Notes: a model not told the origin generated them from the letters alone. Counted from the first letter of the stretch, positions 1 through 9,275 are shown. The stretch: 48,480 nucleotides of DNA from Candidatus Omnitrophota bacterium (GCA_013335325.1 JAAXVU010000001.1:1-48480); one strand, 5' to 3'. Made by a program: numbers and translations.

Positions 1-167
1 CAATAATAAAGAGGTTAAAAATCCGGCGGTTTATGGTCCAAACCCGAAAACATTAATTGGCTGAAAGTCTCGAAATGAAATAAATGAAGGACAGTTCCTG
101 TGAATCAGTTTGTATATTAACCGAAGCAAATTTCTTTTGCAACGGTTTAATATGGTTTTTACATCTT

Positions 168-527
168 TCATATCCCGAACGCGTCACGGAGCAATTCGCC
201 GGAAAACCGGCCCTCCACGTCACGGTTGACCGCCAGCACGTCGAAACGTGCGGCCACATCCACCGTGCCGCGCTTCTCGACCAGATAGGCTTGGGCCACC
301 CGCACCATCCGGCCCTGCTTACGACGGTCCACCGCCTCGAAAGCTTCCAGCCCGTCCGCCGTGCGCGTCTTTATCTCCACGAAACACAGCATGCCCCGCT
401 CTTCGGCCACCACGTCCACCTCGCCGAAACGGGTGCGGTAGTTTGCCTCCAGTATCCTGTATCCCTGCCTGGCCAAAAAGTCGCAGGCAAACTTCTCTCC
501 GTCGTGGCCGAGCTCGTGGGACTTCAT
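168..527 (-). CDS. yraN: YraN/UPF0102 family endonuclease-like protein
   Basis: The 119-aa ORF has the core GEVDVVAEERGMLCFVEIKTR typical of the UPF0102 (YraN) family. Its start overlaps the rnhB stop by 4 nt. Confidence 0.8.
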   Translation of the reverse strand: MKSHELGHDGEKFACDFLARQGYRILEANYRTRFGEVDVVAEERGMLCFVEIKTRTADGLEAFEAVDRRKQGRMVRVAQAYLVEKRGTVDVAARFDVLAVNRDVEGRFSGELLRDAFGI

Positions 528-1174
528 AAGGAATTAAAACTTTTGCGGTGGATAGGCGAATGGCCGAGCTTCCTGAGCGCTGCGCGGTGCGCTTCGGTGG
601 GATACCCTTTGTGCACGCCAAACCCGTACCCGGGATAGACCAGGTCGAACTTCTCCATCCAGCGGTCGCGGTAGACCTTGGCAATGATACTGGCACAGGC
701 CACCGCCAGGCTTTTGGCGTCGCCCTTGACCACCGGCTCGACCCGGAAAGGGATCTTACCTCGGTAGGAATTTCCGTCCACCAGCACCTTGACCGAAGCG
801 GAGAACGATCGCTCGTCCCTGAGCCCGGCCGGCAAACGGGCCACCAAGTCGTATACCGCCGCGGTCATGGACAGGTGCGCAGCCCGCAGGATATTGACCT
901 CATCTATCACGGTCTCGCTCATCATCCCGATACCGACCCAGCCGCGTTCAAAGATCTCGTCGAAGGCTTTGCGGCGCTGCAGAGGTGTCAGAGCCTTGGA
1001 ATCGCCTACGCGGTTGACGAATGACGTATCCCGCAAACAGACCGCTGCACTGACCACGGGGCCCGCCAGCGGTCCGCGCCCGACCTCGTCGACACCAAAA
1101 AGAAAGCGAAAGCCGTCGGCTTTCGCTTTCTGATCAAACTCCAGCAATTGATCGTGCTGTTTCTGTATGGCCAC
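524..1174 (-). CDS. rnhB: Ribonuclease HII
   Basis: The 216-aa ORF has the N-terminal catalytic block GVDEVGRGPLAGPVV and a downstream DSK motif. The position after rplS is common. Confidence 0.9.
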   Translation of the reverse strand: MAIQKQHDQLLEFDQKAKADGFRFLFGVDEVGRGPLAGPVVSAAVCLRDTSFVNRVGDSKALTPLQRRKAFDEIFERGWVGIGMMSETVIDEVNILRAAHLSMTAAVYDLVARLPAGLRDERSFSASVKVLVDGNSYRGKIPFRVEPVVKGDAKSLAVACASIIAKVYRDRWMEKFDLVYPGYGFGVHKGYPTEAHRAALRKLGHSPIHRKSFNSL

Positions 1175-1177
1175 TAA

Positions 1178-1585
1178 TTATTCAGCTTTGGCCTGCGCCT
1201 CTGCGGCAGGTGCCACATCGGGCACTTCCGGAGCCAGTTCTGACTCAACCCTGGCGCCCTTGCCTGTCTTGTCACGCAGGTAAAACAATTTTGCCCGGTT
1301 CACCTTGCCCTTGCTGACCACTTTCAGGCTGGCGATGGTCGGAGAATGCAGCGGGAATGTTTTTTCCACTCCCTCGCCGAAGGTAATCTTGCGGACTGTA
1401 AAAGTAGACTTGATGCCAGTACCGCGACGGGAGATCACTATACCTTCCCACGAATGCAGACGGACCTTGTCCGCCTCCTGAACCTTTACCTTCATCTTTA
1501 CCGTATCGCCAATATCAAAATCAGCGATGTCCTGACGTACATATTTTTGTTCGACGAGCTTGAGTTTTCCCAAACGACCTGCCAT
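1178..1585 (-). CDS. rplS: 50S ribosomal protein L19
   Basis: The 135-aa ORF reads DFDIGDTVKMKVKVQEADKVRLHSWEGIVISRRG...FTVRKI, a classic L19 sequence. An AAGGAG SD lies upstream, and it sits downstream of trmD as in most bacteria. Confidence 0.95.
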   Translation of the reverse strand: MAGRLGKLKLVEQKYVRQDIADFDIGDTVKMKVKVQEADKVRLHSWEGIVISRRGTGIKSTFTVRKITFGEGVEKTFPLHSPTIASLKVVSKGKVNRAKLFYLRDKTGKGARVESELAPEVPDVAPAAEAQAKAE

Positions 1586-1677
1586 GTTCTACTCCTTGTT
1601 CCCTGATTAGAATTCGCGCTTCAAATGACACAACCCGCGGGCAATGTCCCGGCGATCCTGCAGCCGCAATTGGCCTG

Positions 1678-2382
1678 TTATCCGGACCGCGCACCACACC
1701 CTGCGGATTTATCCAAAAGATCCGGCCGCATCTTCTGCGTCCTCTCGACGGACTGGGCCATGCGCCACTTTTTTACCGCCTGATGGTTGCCGGATAATAA
1801 CACAGGAGGTACTCTTTTTCCACAAAAATTTGCAGGTCGAGTGTAATGCGGATATTCCAGCAGCCCGCCCTCAAAGGACTCCTCTTCCAGCGACTCGCCC
1901 TTCCCTACCACACCCGGCACCAACCGCGCCACGCAATCCGCCACTACCATGGCGGGAACCTCTCCGCCGGTCAGGACATAATCACCTATCGAGATGCTTT
2001 CGTCCACCACCATCTCTCGGACGCGCTCGTCGATGCCTTCGTAATGGCCGCAAAGAATGATCAGATTCCTCTTAACCGCCAACTCTCTTGCCCGCTTCTG
2101 AGTTAACGGCGCGCCTCCCGGACACATATATATAACATGCGCCTTGCGCCGTCCGCGCACCTTACGGACAGCGTCCACTAAAGGCTGCGGGGTCATCACC
2201 ATGCCCGGACCGCCGCCGAAAGGACGGTCGTCAACTTTCCGGTGGGGATCTTTAGAGAACTCACGCAAGTCATGTACGCGGAAATCGACCAGCTTCTTCT
2301 CCTGGGCGCGCTTTAGGATGGATTCCCCCAGCACGGCCGAAAACATACCGGGGAATATGGTAATAATATCTATACGCAGCAT
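1678..2382 (-). CDS. trmD: tRNA (guanine37-N1)-methyltransferase
   Basis: The 234-aa ORF begins MLRIDIITIFPGMF and contains GGGPGMVM and CGHYEGIDERV, the SPOUT/TrmD signatures. Confidence 0.95.
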   Translation of the reverse strand: MLRIDIITIFPGMFSAVLGESILKRAQEKKLVDFRVHDLREFSKDPHRKVDDRPFGGGPGMVMTPQPLVDAVRKVRGRRKAHVIYMCPGGAPLTQKRARELAVKRNLIILCGHYEGIDERVREMVVDESISIGDYVLTGGEVPAMVVADCVARLVPGVVGKGESLEEESFEGGLLEYPHYTRPANFCGKRVPPVLLSGNHQAVKKWRMAQSVERTQKMRPDLLDKSAGCGARSG

Positions 2383-2388
2383 CTTGGC

Positions 2389-2739
2389 CTACTTCTTCTC
2401 CAGGTCCAGGTGAAAGTGGTGCAAGAAACGGTGAAACAGCGGCGATATCAGGATCGCCAGGATCGCAAAGAACACGATCGAACTAAAGATAGCATATAAA
2501 CTGGTGAAGAGCTTGGCCGACGTTGTCTTAAGCGTAACCGTGAGCCCCAGGCCGGTCATGACCAACACCGCGTTCAGTACCGCATCCGTCCACGGCAACT
2601 GCTCCAGAGAATGGTACGCCACTGCCCCCGCCAGTATAGTTACAGCAAAAAGAACAGCGGCCAGAAGTACGCAACGCAAGATCCGCATGTAAAATTGCTG
2701 ACTGGATATAAGCGGCTGGTGCCGGTGTTCAAACATCAC
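2389..2739 (-). CDS. Small two-TM membrane protein, Ion_trans_2-like pore domain with a degenerate filter
   Basis: The 116-aa ORF has two hydrophobic helices flanking a pore-helix-like segment, LPWTDAVLNAVLVMTGLGLT. TGLGLT sits where K+ channels carry TVGYGD. An AAGGAG SD lies 6 nt upstream. Confidence 0.5.
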   Translation of the reverse strand: MMFEHRHQPLISSQQFYMRILRCVLLAAVLFAVTILAGAVAYHSLEQLPWTDAVLNAVLVMTGLGLTVTLKTTSAKLFTSLYAIFSSIVFFAILAILISPLFHRFLHHFHLDLEKK

Positions 2740-2804
2740 GCACTCCTTGATTTCAGCCTTCTATAAGCTAACAGCTCCTGATGAACTATAGCAGACCATC
2801 TGGA

Positions 2805-4088
2805 CTAAGCTTCAGTCAATATGCCCTTTTTCACATACACGGCCCTAAGCTGGGTACGGAAAGAGGGATAATGGCGCCAGTAGACCACCGCTGTCACCAA
2901 ACATACCAGACCGCCCGCCAGCACGGTCTGCTCCAGCCCCACCTGACCGGCACTGGCCCCGGCGATAATACTACCGACGGGTGTCAGCCCCACCAGCGCC
3001 GCTCCGTACAGGCTCATGACCCGCCCGCGCTTGTCTTCCTCCACCACCGTCTGCAGCACCATGTTGGTCGAACCGATCGCCAGTATCATGGCCAGTCCCA
3101 GGAAGAACGCCACCACGCCCGCGACATAGGTATTATTCACAATACCGAATAAGACCAGACCTGTCCCGAACCCCACCGTCGCCCAACCTACCATGCGGCC
3201 CAGCCCCAGGACTGTCCGACGTCCGGCCAGGTACAGCGAACCCAAAAGCGCCCCGACGCCGGACATGGACGTGACGAAACCAAAAGCGCGCGAACCGCCG
3301 TGATATATCTCCCGGACGAATATCGGCAGCAAAGTCTGCAGTCCGCCGGCCAGAAAGCTCACCGCTGCCAGCAAAAGCAAAAGCGTGCGGATAGGTATGG
3401 ATTGGGCCACATAGCGCATACCTTCCTTCATCTCGGTCAAAGCGTGCCGCAATTTGCCATCCCGACGACGGGAAGAAACTCTCATCATCATCAAGGCTAT
3501 GATTATCGGTATAAAGCTAAGGGCGTTTATCGCAAAACACACTCCCTCGCCGAAGAGCGCGATCACCACCCCGGCCACTGCCGGACCGATCAGCCTCGAG
3601 GCGTTGAATAAAGCCGAATTGAGCGCAATAGCGTTGTTCATATCCTTGCGGTCTTCCACCATTTCACTGATAAAGGCCTGGCGGACCGGCAGGTCAAAGG
3701 CCGTCACGCATCCCAGAAAAATACCCAGAATGAGGATATGCCACACCGTAATCGCCCCCGTCAGAACCAGGTAAGAAAGGATAACGGCCTGCGCCAGCGA
3801 CAAGACCTGTATCACCAAAAGCATACGCCGGCGGTCATGCCGGTCAGCCACCACTCCGGCGTAAGGGGAAAGCAGGAAGGAGGGGATCTGCGAGGCGAAA
3901 GCCACGCAACCCAGAAGGAAAGGCGAATTGGTCAAACGATACACCAGCCAGCTGGAGGCCACTATCTGCATCCAGGTACCGACCAGAGACAAGAGCTGCC
4001 CGGTAAAGAACAAACGAAAATTACGGTGACGCAAGGCCCGGAATGTCTCTGCGATGCTGATCCAGGTCCTGCTCTGACGGGCGTCCAT
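2805..4088 (-). CDS. MFS transporter (EntS/MFS_3-like efflux family)
   Basis: The 427-aa ORF has about 12 predicted TM helices. The N-terminus RNFRLFFTGQLLSLVGTWMQIVASSWLV is typical of the MFS_3/DUF894 exporter group. An AAGGAG SD is present. Confidence 0.85.
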   Translation of the reverse strand: MDARQSRTWISIAETFRALRHRNFRLFFTGQLLSLVGTWMQIVASSWLVYRLTNSPFLLGCVAFASQIPSFLLSPYAGVVADRHDRRRMLLVIQVLSLAQAVILSYLVLTGAITVWHILILGIFLGCVTAFDLPVRQAFISEMVEDRKDMNNAIALNSALFNASRLIGPAVAGVVIALFGEGVCFAINALSFIPIIIALMMMRVSSRRRDGKLRHALTEMKEGMRYVAQSIPIRTLLLLLAAVSFLAGGLQTLLPIFVREIYHGGSRAFGFVTSMSGVGALLGSLYLAGRRTVLGLGRMVGWATVGFGTGLVLFGIVNNTYVAGVVAFFLGLAMILAIGSTNMVLQTVVEEDKRGRVMSLYGAALVGLTPVGSIIAGASAGQVGLEQTVLAGGLVCLVTAVVYWRHYPSFRTQLRAVYVKKGILTEA

Positions 4089-4103
4089 GCTACTCCTTGC
4101 AAA

Positions 4104-4123
4104 CTTCCCGGAAGCCCGGGAAG
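4104..4123 (-). promoter_or_regulatory. Perfect 8-bp GC-rich hairpin with tetraloop between the RND and MFS genes; possible attenuator or RNA-stability element
   Basis: CTTCCCGG-aagc-CCGGGAAG was read directly. It is flanked by short A/T runs on both sides and lies just upstream of the MFS SD. Confidence 0.35.
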
Positions 4124-4192
4124 AAACTCATGTATCAATTTATATTTCACCGCGGACAGGCCCAGAGTAACTGGCTCCGTCCTGGCTTGTCA

Positions 4193-7100
4193 TTACGATA
4201 ACTTCAAGTGAGGCAAGAACCGCAGCCCCACAAGTACCAAACCACCCACCACCACTAGACCGGCCAGAAGCTTTAGCCAGTCACGCCAGTTCATCCGGTA
4301 AGCGCTGGGCACCACAAAGAGCGTAAAGAAAGTGGAGACAATGACGCCGCCTATGACGGCGATCGCCATCGGTATGCGGATCTCCGCCCCCGGCCCCAGG
4401 GCCATGGCCGGCGGTATCGCCGCCACGATGGTAGCGATAGAGGTCATGAGGATCGGACGCAACCGGATCGGGCAGGCTGTCACCAGCGCCTCGTCGATAT
4501 CCTTGCCTTCTTCCCGAAGCTGGTTCGTGAAAGCCACCAGCATGATCGAGTTCTTCTTGACGATACCCATCAGCAATATCACGCCAATGATACTGTACAT
4601 GTTCATGGATTGTCCGCCGATCAAGAGCGCCACGATCGCACCGGAGATACTGAACGGCAGGGCGATCAGGACGATAAGCGGATGGAAATAGCTGTTGAAC
4701 TGCGAAGCCAGCACCATGTAGGCCACGATGATGCCCATCCAGAAGACAAAGGCCATTCCGCCGGAAGACTCCTTGAAGGTCTGGGCACTGCCGCTCAGAG
4801 TTACATGGTAAGCGTCAGGTAATATCTCCTTGGCCAGGCGCTCCGCCGTAGCGATAGCGTCGGTCTGAGACTTGCCGGGAGCGACGTTGGCAAAGAGCGA
4901 TATCGCCCGCTCGCGGCCCTGGCGGGTAATGGTCAAAGCGGAAGGCTTCTCCGTCACGATCACCACTTCCTTCAGCCGCACCCTTTCACCGCGGTTGTTC
5001 CAGACCCACAGCTCGTCAATATCTTCCTTCTTCAGGCGCTGGTCAGCGACCAGCCTGACGCGCACGTCGTAGCGACGCCCGCCACTGGTATATTTCCCCA
5101 CCACATCTCCGCCGATAAGAGCATTTATGGCCTCTCCGATAGCTGCCACGGACACGCCGTGATCGTTGGCCTTCTGGCGGTCCGGATAGACCTGGATCTC
5201 GGAAGCGCCGACCTGGTAATCCGTATCCACGTCGACCATAAGCCCGCTCTTCGCCAAACGCTCCTTGAGCTGCGTTGAATATTCGATCAGCTTGTCCCAC
5301 TCCGGCCCGCGCACCGACAGCTCAACGGGAAAACCGCGCTTGGCCGAAAAACCGCCCAAGGATGGATCCTGGATGAAGGCCTTGACCCCCTTTATCTTGT
5401 TCAGCTCGGTACGCAAAACCTTCATGAGGTCAGCTTGCGACAGCGGCTTGGTAGCGGGCGCCACCACCGGACGGTCCTTGCGTTCCTTAAAGGTAATGAA
5501 CATCATGCCACGGTTGACTTCCCCGCCGCCAAAGCCGCCGATGGCCTCAAAGTAACGTAACACCTCTGGCCGGGAAGATACGTATTTCTCTATCTCGCGG
5601 AACCGCTCGTCGGTGTAAGTGATGGCCGCTCCCGGCGGCGTCTGGATGCTGCACATAAGCATGCTCTGGTCCTGTGAAGGGACGAATTCCTTGCGCAATA
5701 ATCCGGTCAAAAAAAGCGAGCCAGTGAAGAGTGCCAGCGATACCACGATCACCGCCGTGCGGTGCCTGAGTGTCCAGGGTAACGCGTTGTGGTAAGCCCG
5801 GGCCAGGGCCCGGAAAGAACGGTCCACGCCGCGCCCCAGAAAAGTCGTGCGCTCGCGGATATCCAAAAACTGCGAACAGCGCATCGGAGTGAGCATTAGG
5901 GCTTCCAGAAGCGAAAGGCCCACCGCCACCGAGATCGTAACCCCGAATTCAAAAAAGAACTTGCCCATGATCCCGGACATGAAGATGACCGGAATGAAGA
6001 TAGCGACCATGGCCATGGTCGTCGCCACCGCCGCGCCGGTGATCTGGCGCGCGCCCTCCTGGGCGCCTTCCAGGCGTTTTCGCCCGTTCTCCCGGAAGCG
6101 GACGATGTTCTCCAGCACCATGATGGAATCGTCCACCACTATGCCCACCGCCAACGACAGCCCCAAGACGGTAAAGGTGTTCAGAGTAAAATGCAGGAAA
6201 TAAATTACCAGGAACGTTCCCAGTATGGACGTCGGGATGGCCAAAAGTATGTTAAGCGTGGCACTCCAGGCCCCCAGAAACAGCCAACATATCAGGGACG
6301 TGACGACAGCGGACAGGATCAAGGTAAAGGTCAGCTCGTGAATGGAATCCTCGATGAACTTGGTCCGGTCGAAGACAATATTCATCTCCAGACCGGCTGG
6401 CAGGTTCTTGCGGACCTCCTCGATGCGCTGCTTGACCTTGTGGGCGATCTCGACTTCGTTGGTGCCGCTTTGTTTCTTGATCCCCAGCCCTACTGCCTGC
6501 CGACCGTTGAAACGGGAAATGCGGCGGATATCCGCCAGACCGTCCTCGATCCGGGCTACATCCTTCATATATATAGTTTTGTAGACCGGCTGTCCCGCCC
6601 GTTTGGCTATCTGGATATTGCCAAACTCTTCCGGACTGCGGGCTTCACCCATGACGCGCACGTCCTGCTCGGTAGCGGCGGTCTCAATACGGCCGGCCGG
6701 CAACTCCGCGTGCTCCGAGTTAATAGCCGCGATGACGTCGCCGACGGTAAGTTCATAATCGTTCAGCTTCTTGGTATCCACCCAGACGCGCAGGTTCGGG
6801 TCCACGAAGCCGCCCAACGTGACCTCGCCGACGCCGGTGATCGTGGTGAAACGGTCCTGTAGCTGGTTCTGCACGTACTCCATCAATTCACGGCGGGGCC
6901 GGTCCCCGGTCACCGCGATCCACATGATGGGCTGTTCCGCCGGGTTGACCTTGGAGACCGTTGGCGGGTCCATGTCCTTGGGCAAGTGACGCTGGGCCTG
7001 GCTGATCTTGTTCTGCACGTCCTGCACAGCTGAGTCGATGTCCCGGTCCAGCTCGAACTCCAGTGTAATGGAAGCTGAACCCACCCTCGACGTCGAAGAA

Positions 7101-7339
7101 ATATCCTTGATGCCCTGTATACCCATGACCGCCTGCTCGACCTGGTCCACCACGTCCGTCTCCATGACCTCCGGCGCGGCGCCTTCCCAGGTAAGGCTTA
7201 TTGATATGGTGGGAAAATCCACGTTGGGCAGCTGGCTGACACCCATCTGCCGGTAGGCAAAAATTCCGAAGAACATAAGCCCGACCATCACCATCCAGGC
7301 GAATACCGGGCGTTTGATCGACAGGTCGGCCAGTGTCAT
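4193..7339 (-). CDS. RND efflux pump inner-membrane subunit (AcrB/HAE1-like)
   Basis: The 1048-aa ORF begins SIKRPVFAWMVMVGLMFFG and has the 12-TM plus two large periplasmic loop architecture. Its start overlaps the tolC-like stop by 4 nt. Confidence 0.95.
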   Translation of the reverse strand: MTLADLSIKRPVFAWMVMVGLMFFGIFAYRQMGVSQLPNVDFPTISISLTWEGAAPEVMETDVVDQVEQAVMGIQGIKDISSTSRVGSASITLEFELDRDIDSAVQDVQNKISQAQRHLPKDMDPPTVSKVNPAEQPIMWIAVTGDRPRRELMEYVQNQLQDRFTTITGVGEVTLGGFVDPNLRVWVDTKKLNDYELTVGDVIAAINSEHAELPAGRIETAATEQDVRVMGEARSPEEFGNIQIAKRAGQPVYKTIYMKDVARIEDGLADIRRISRFNGRQAVGLGIKKQSGTNEVEIAHKVKQRIEEVRKNLPAGLEMNIVFDRTKFIEDSIHELTFTLILSAVVTSLICWLFLGAWSATLNILLAIPTSILGTFLVIYFLHFTLNTFTVLGLSLAVGIVVDDSIMVLENIVRFRENGRKRLEGAQEGARQITGAAVATTMAMVAIFIPVIFMSGIMGKFFFEFGVTISVAVGLSLLEALMLTPMRCSQFLDIRERTTFLGRGVDRSFRALARAYHNALPWTLRHRTAVIVVSLALFTGSLFLTGLLRKEFVPSQDQSMLMCSIQTPPGAAITYTDERFREIEKYVSSRPEVLRYFEAIGGFGGGEVNRGMMFITFKERKDRPVVAPATKPLSQADLMKVLRTELNKIKGVKAFIQDPSLGGFSAKRGFPVELSVRGPEWDKLIEYSTQLKERLAKSGLMVDVDTDYQVGASEIQVYPDRQKANDHGVSVAAIGEAINALIGGDVVGKYTSGGRRYDVRVRLVADQRLKKEDIDELWVWNNRGERVRLKEVVIVTEKPSALTITRQGRERAISLFANVAPGKSQTDAIATAERLAKEILPDAYHVTLSGSAQTFKESSGGMAFVFWMGIIVAYMVLASQFNSYFHPLIVLIALPFSISGAIVALLIGGQSMNMYSIIGVILLMGIVKKNSIMLVAFTNQLREEGKDIDEALVTACPIRLRPILMTSIATIVAAIPPAMALGPGAEIRIPMAIAVIGGVIVSTFFTLFVVPSAYRMNWRDWLKLLAGLVVVGGLVLVGLRFLPHLKLS

Positions 7340-8733
7340 TGCATTACCTCCCCGATGGCGACCTTGAGCGCCCAGTAGGAACGGCGGGCATCGGTCTTGG
7401 CCGCGATATAATCACGACGGACCCCCTGCAGGTCTTCCAGGGCTTGCAGGACATCCAGGTTATTGACCAGGTTCTTTTGAAAATCCTCTATCTGCAAAAA
7501 GAAATTCCTTTCCGCGGCATTCATGGCCTTTTCCAGCGCCGTCACCCTCCGCCCATTCGTCTGCCATTTGGAGTAGGCGTTACGGATCTCCAGGACAGCC
7601 ACGCGCCGGGCCTGCTCCATGGCCAGGTCGGCCTGTATCAGCTGGGAACGGGCCTGACGTATCTGTCCGTAGTCGTACAGCCCGTTAAAGATCGGCACGC
7701 TTACCGTCAGGGTAGCGTCCCAGTCGTTACTTTCATAGCCGTCGGGACGTTTGGTGTAGGCGTTGCCGGTCAGGCTCACGCTAGGCCAAAGCGCGGAACG
7801 GGTAGCGAACAAATTCTGCTTCAAGGATTCCTTGGCTTCCCGGGCCGCCAGCACATCCGAACGACGGTCTGCCAGACTGGACGCATCCCCGACCGCGACC
7901 GTCGCGTCGGGATCGCCGATATCCAAAAGGCGCACCACTGGACGACCCAGCAAAAATTCCAGCAGCTGCCCGGCCACTTCCTTCTCTCCCCGGACGGTTT
8001 CCAGCTCAGCTTCATTACGGCTCAATTTAGCCTCGGCACTGGCGAGCTCGCTTTGACGCGACTTGCCGATCGTCTCGCGCTTCTTGAGATCCGCCAGCCG
8101 GTCCAGCAAAGCCTTGTGGATATCCTGCAGGGCCTGCTCGTCCTCCTGGTAGCTTATATAAAGGAAGAAAGCGTCCGACACGTCCACAAAAAGGAGCTGC
8201 CGGGCCCGCTTAAGCTCCTCTTCCCTCTGCTGTCCGACGTGCTTGCTGGCGCGTATGGCAGCGATCTCCTTGAAACCGGTAAAAAGCGGCTGGGTAAAGG
8301 TAAACTTGCCTTCCGGCTCGGAACCGCTCACATTACGCCGGCCTTCCGCGTCCTGCCATTTTTCGGAATAGGCAAACGCTACCCGCGGCAGCGCGGTGCT
8401 CAAAGACTGCATCATCTGCCCCTTGGTTTCGTTGATAATTTCTTCCCTGATAGCGACGGACTCGCTGCGCTTTAGCGCCAGGCGATAACAATCCTGCAAG
8501 GTAAGCCCTTCCGAGTCCTCATGGATAGCGGCCACCTCCACCCTAATGGCTGAAGGAGCAGCATCTGCGGCCGACGAGGCTGACGGCAACTGGCTATTCT
8601 CCGCCCGGGCCGGAGCCAAGCCCGCCAATATCAGGAGCAGCACCAGCCAACGGCCGGCTACTACTGGTGAAAAAGAACTGCGGATAGACTGACCAGAAGA
8701 AACTGGGGAAGAAATATCAGTTCTAATTTTCAT
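7336..8733 (-). CDS. TolC-family outer membrane efflux protein
   Basis: The 465-aa ORF has a signal peptide (LLLILAGLAPARA) and two tandem OEP-type repeats (LTLQDCYRLALKRSESV...). It overlaps marR upstream and RND downstream by 4 nt each. Confidence 0.9.
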   Translation of the reverse strand: MKIRTDISSPVSSGQSIRSSFSPVVAGRWLVLLLILAGLAPARAENSQLPSASSAADAAPSAIRVEVAAIHEDSEGLTLQDCYRLALKRSESVAIREEIINETKGQMMQSLSTALPRVAFAYSEKWQDAEGRRNVSGSEPEGKFTFTQPLFTGFKEIAAIRASKHVGQQREEELKRARQLLFVDVSDAFFLYISYQEDEQALQDIHKALLDRLADLKKRETIGKSRQSELASAEAKLSRNEAELETVRGEKEVAGQLLEFLLGRPVVRLLDIGDPDATVAVGDASSLADRRSDVLAAREAKESLKQNLFATRSALWPSVSLTGNAYTKRPDGYESNDWDATLTVSVPIFNGLYDYGQIRQARSQLIQADLAMEQARRVAVLEIRNAYSKWQTNGRRVTALEKAMNAAERNFFLQIEDFQKNLVNNLDVLQALEDLQGVRRDYIAAKTDARRSYWALKVAIGEVMQ

Positions 8734-9149
8734 AAAGCCTCTTTGATTTTATGCAATATCTCCAAATACTTCTCCGCATCCTCGGCCGGTATCTTCTGTA
8801 AAAGATCGGCCCAGCGCTCTACCACTTTATCTTTTACACGGAGGGCCAACTTTTTCCCTTCAACAGTCAGGTTGACCATGACCGTGCGCCGGTCTTCCTG
8901 GTCAGTGGAACGGCTCACGTAGCCCGCCTTCTCCAACCGGTCCACAATGCCGGTGGCAGTGGGCGCGGTCACCTTAAGTTGACGTCCGATATCGCAAGTG
9001 CGGCAAGATCCAGTGTGAAACAGGGTCATGATCACAAAAAGCTGGGCGTGCGGGATGTCCACGGTAGTGAACAGGTCAGACATGATCTGCCGCGAGATAC
9101 GCGGCATAATGATGGAGATCTCTTCTGCGATCTTGACTACGTCGGCCAT
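8730..9149 (-). CDS. MarR family transcriptional regulator
   Basis: The 139-aa ORF has a winged-helix core (QLFVIMTLFHTGSCRTCDIGRQLKVTAPTATGIVDRLEKAGYVSR...DRR). It is the first gene of the efflux operon. Confidence 0.9.
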   Translation of the reverse strand: MADVVKIAEEISIIMPRISRQIMSDLFTTVDIPHAQLFVIMTLFHTGSCRTCDIGRQLKVTAPTATGIVDRLEKAGYVSRSTDQEDRRTVMVNLTVEGKKLALRVKDKVVERWADLLQKIPAEDAEKYLEILHKIKEAL

Positions 9150-9177
9150 ATTCCCCCCCCGGATGGACGGAAAGATA

Positions 9178-9190
9178 TTAGCATGGCTAA
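9178..9190. promoter_or_regulatory. Short inverted repeat TTAGC-atg-GCTAA upstream of marR; candidate MarR operator
   Basis: The palindrome was read directly about 30 nt upstream of the marR start, in the divergent intergenic region. It is short enough that chance occurrence is plausible. Confidence 0.2.
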
Positions 9191-9247
9191 CTAAACTGTC
9201 AAGTGTTTGATCCCCCGCCGGTTAGGATATTTTATTTACCGGAAAGC

Positions 9248-9275
9248 TTGATTACGGAAAGCAAAAGAATATAAT
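9248..9275 (+). promoter_or_regulatory. Sigma70-like promoter for the coiled-coil gene
   Basis: TTGATT, a 16-nt spacer and TATAAT lie about 40 nt upstream of the ATG at 9316, which has an AAGGAG SD. Confidence 0.4.

Noticed and set aside
1-167. AT-rich 167-nt stretch at the left edge (possible sRNA, terminator or gene end); the 68-aa and 184-aa ORFs there
   Set aside because: It contains only weak 5-bp hairpins. The ORFs overlap yraN antisense or lack start context. It is too close to the window edge to interpret.
7333-8475. 380-aa plus-strand ORF
   Set aside because: It lies entirely antisense to the well-supported tolC-like gene. The product is low-complexity and Gly/Arg/Leu/Pro/Gln-rich, with no SD. 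It is a typical shadow ORF in GC-rich coding DNA.
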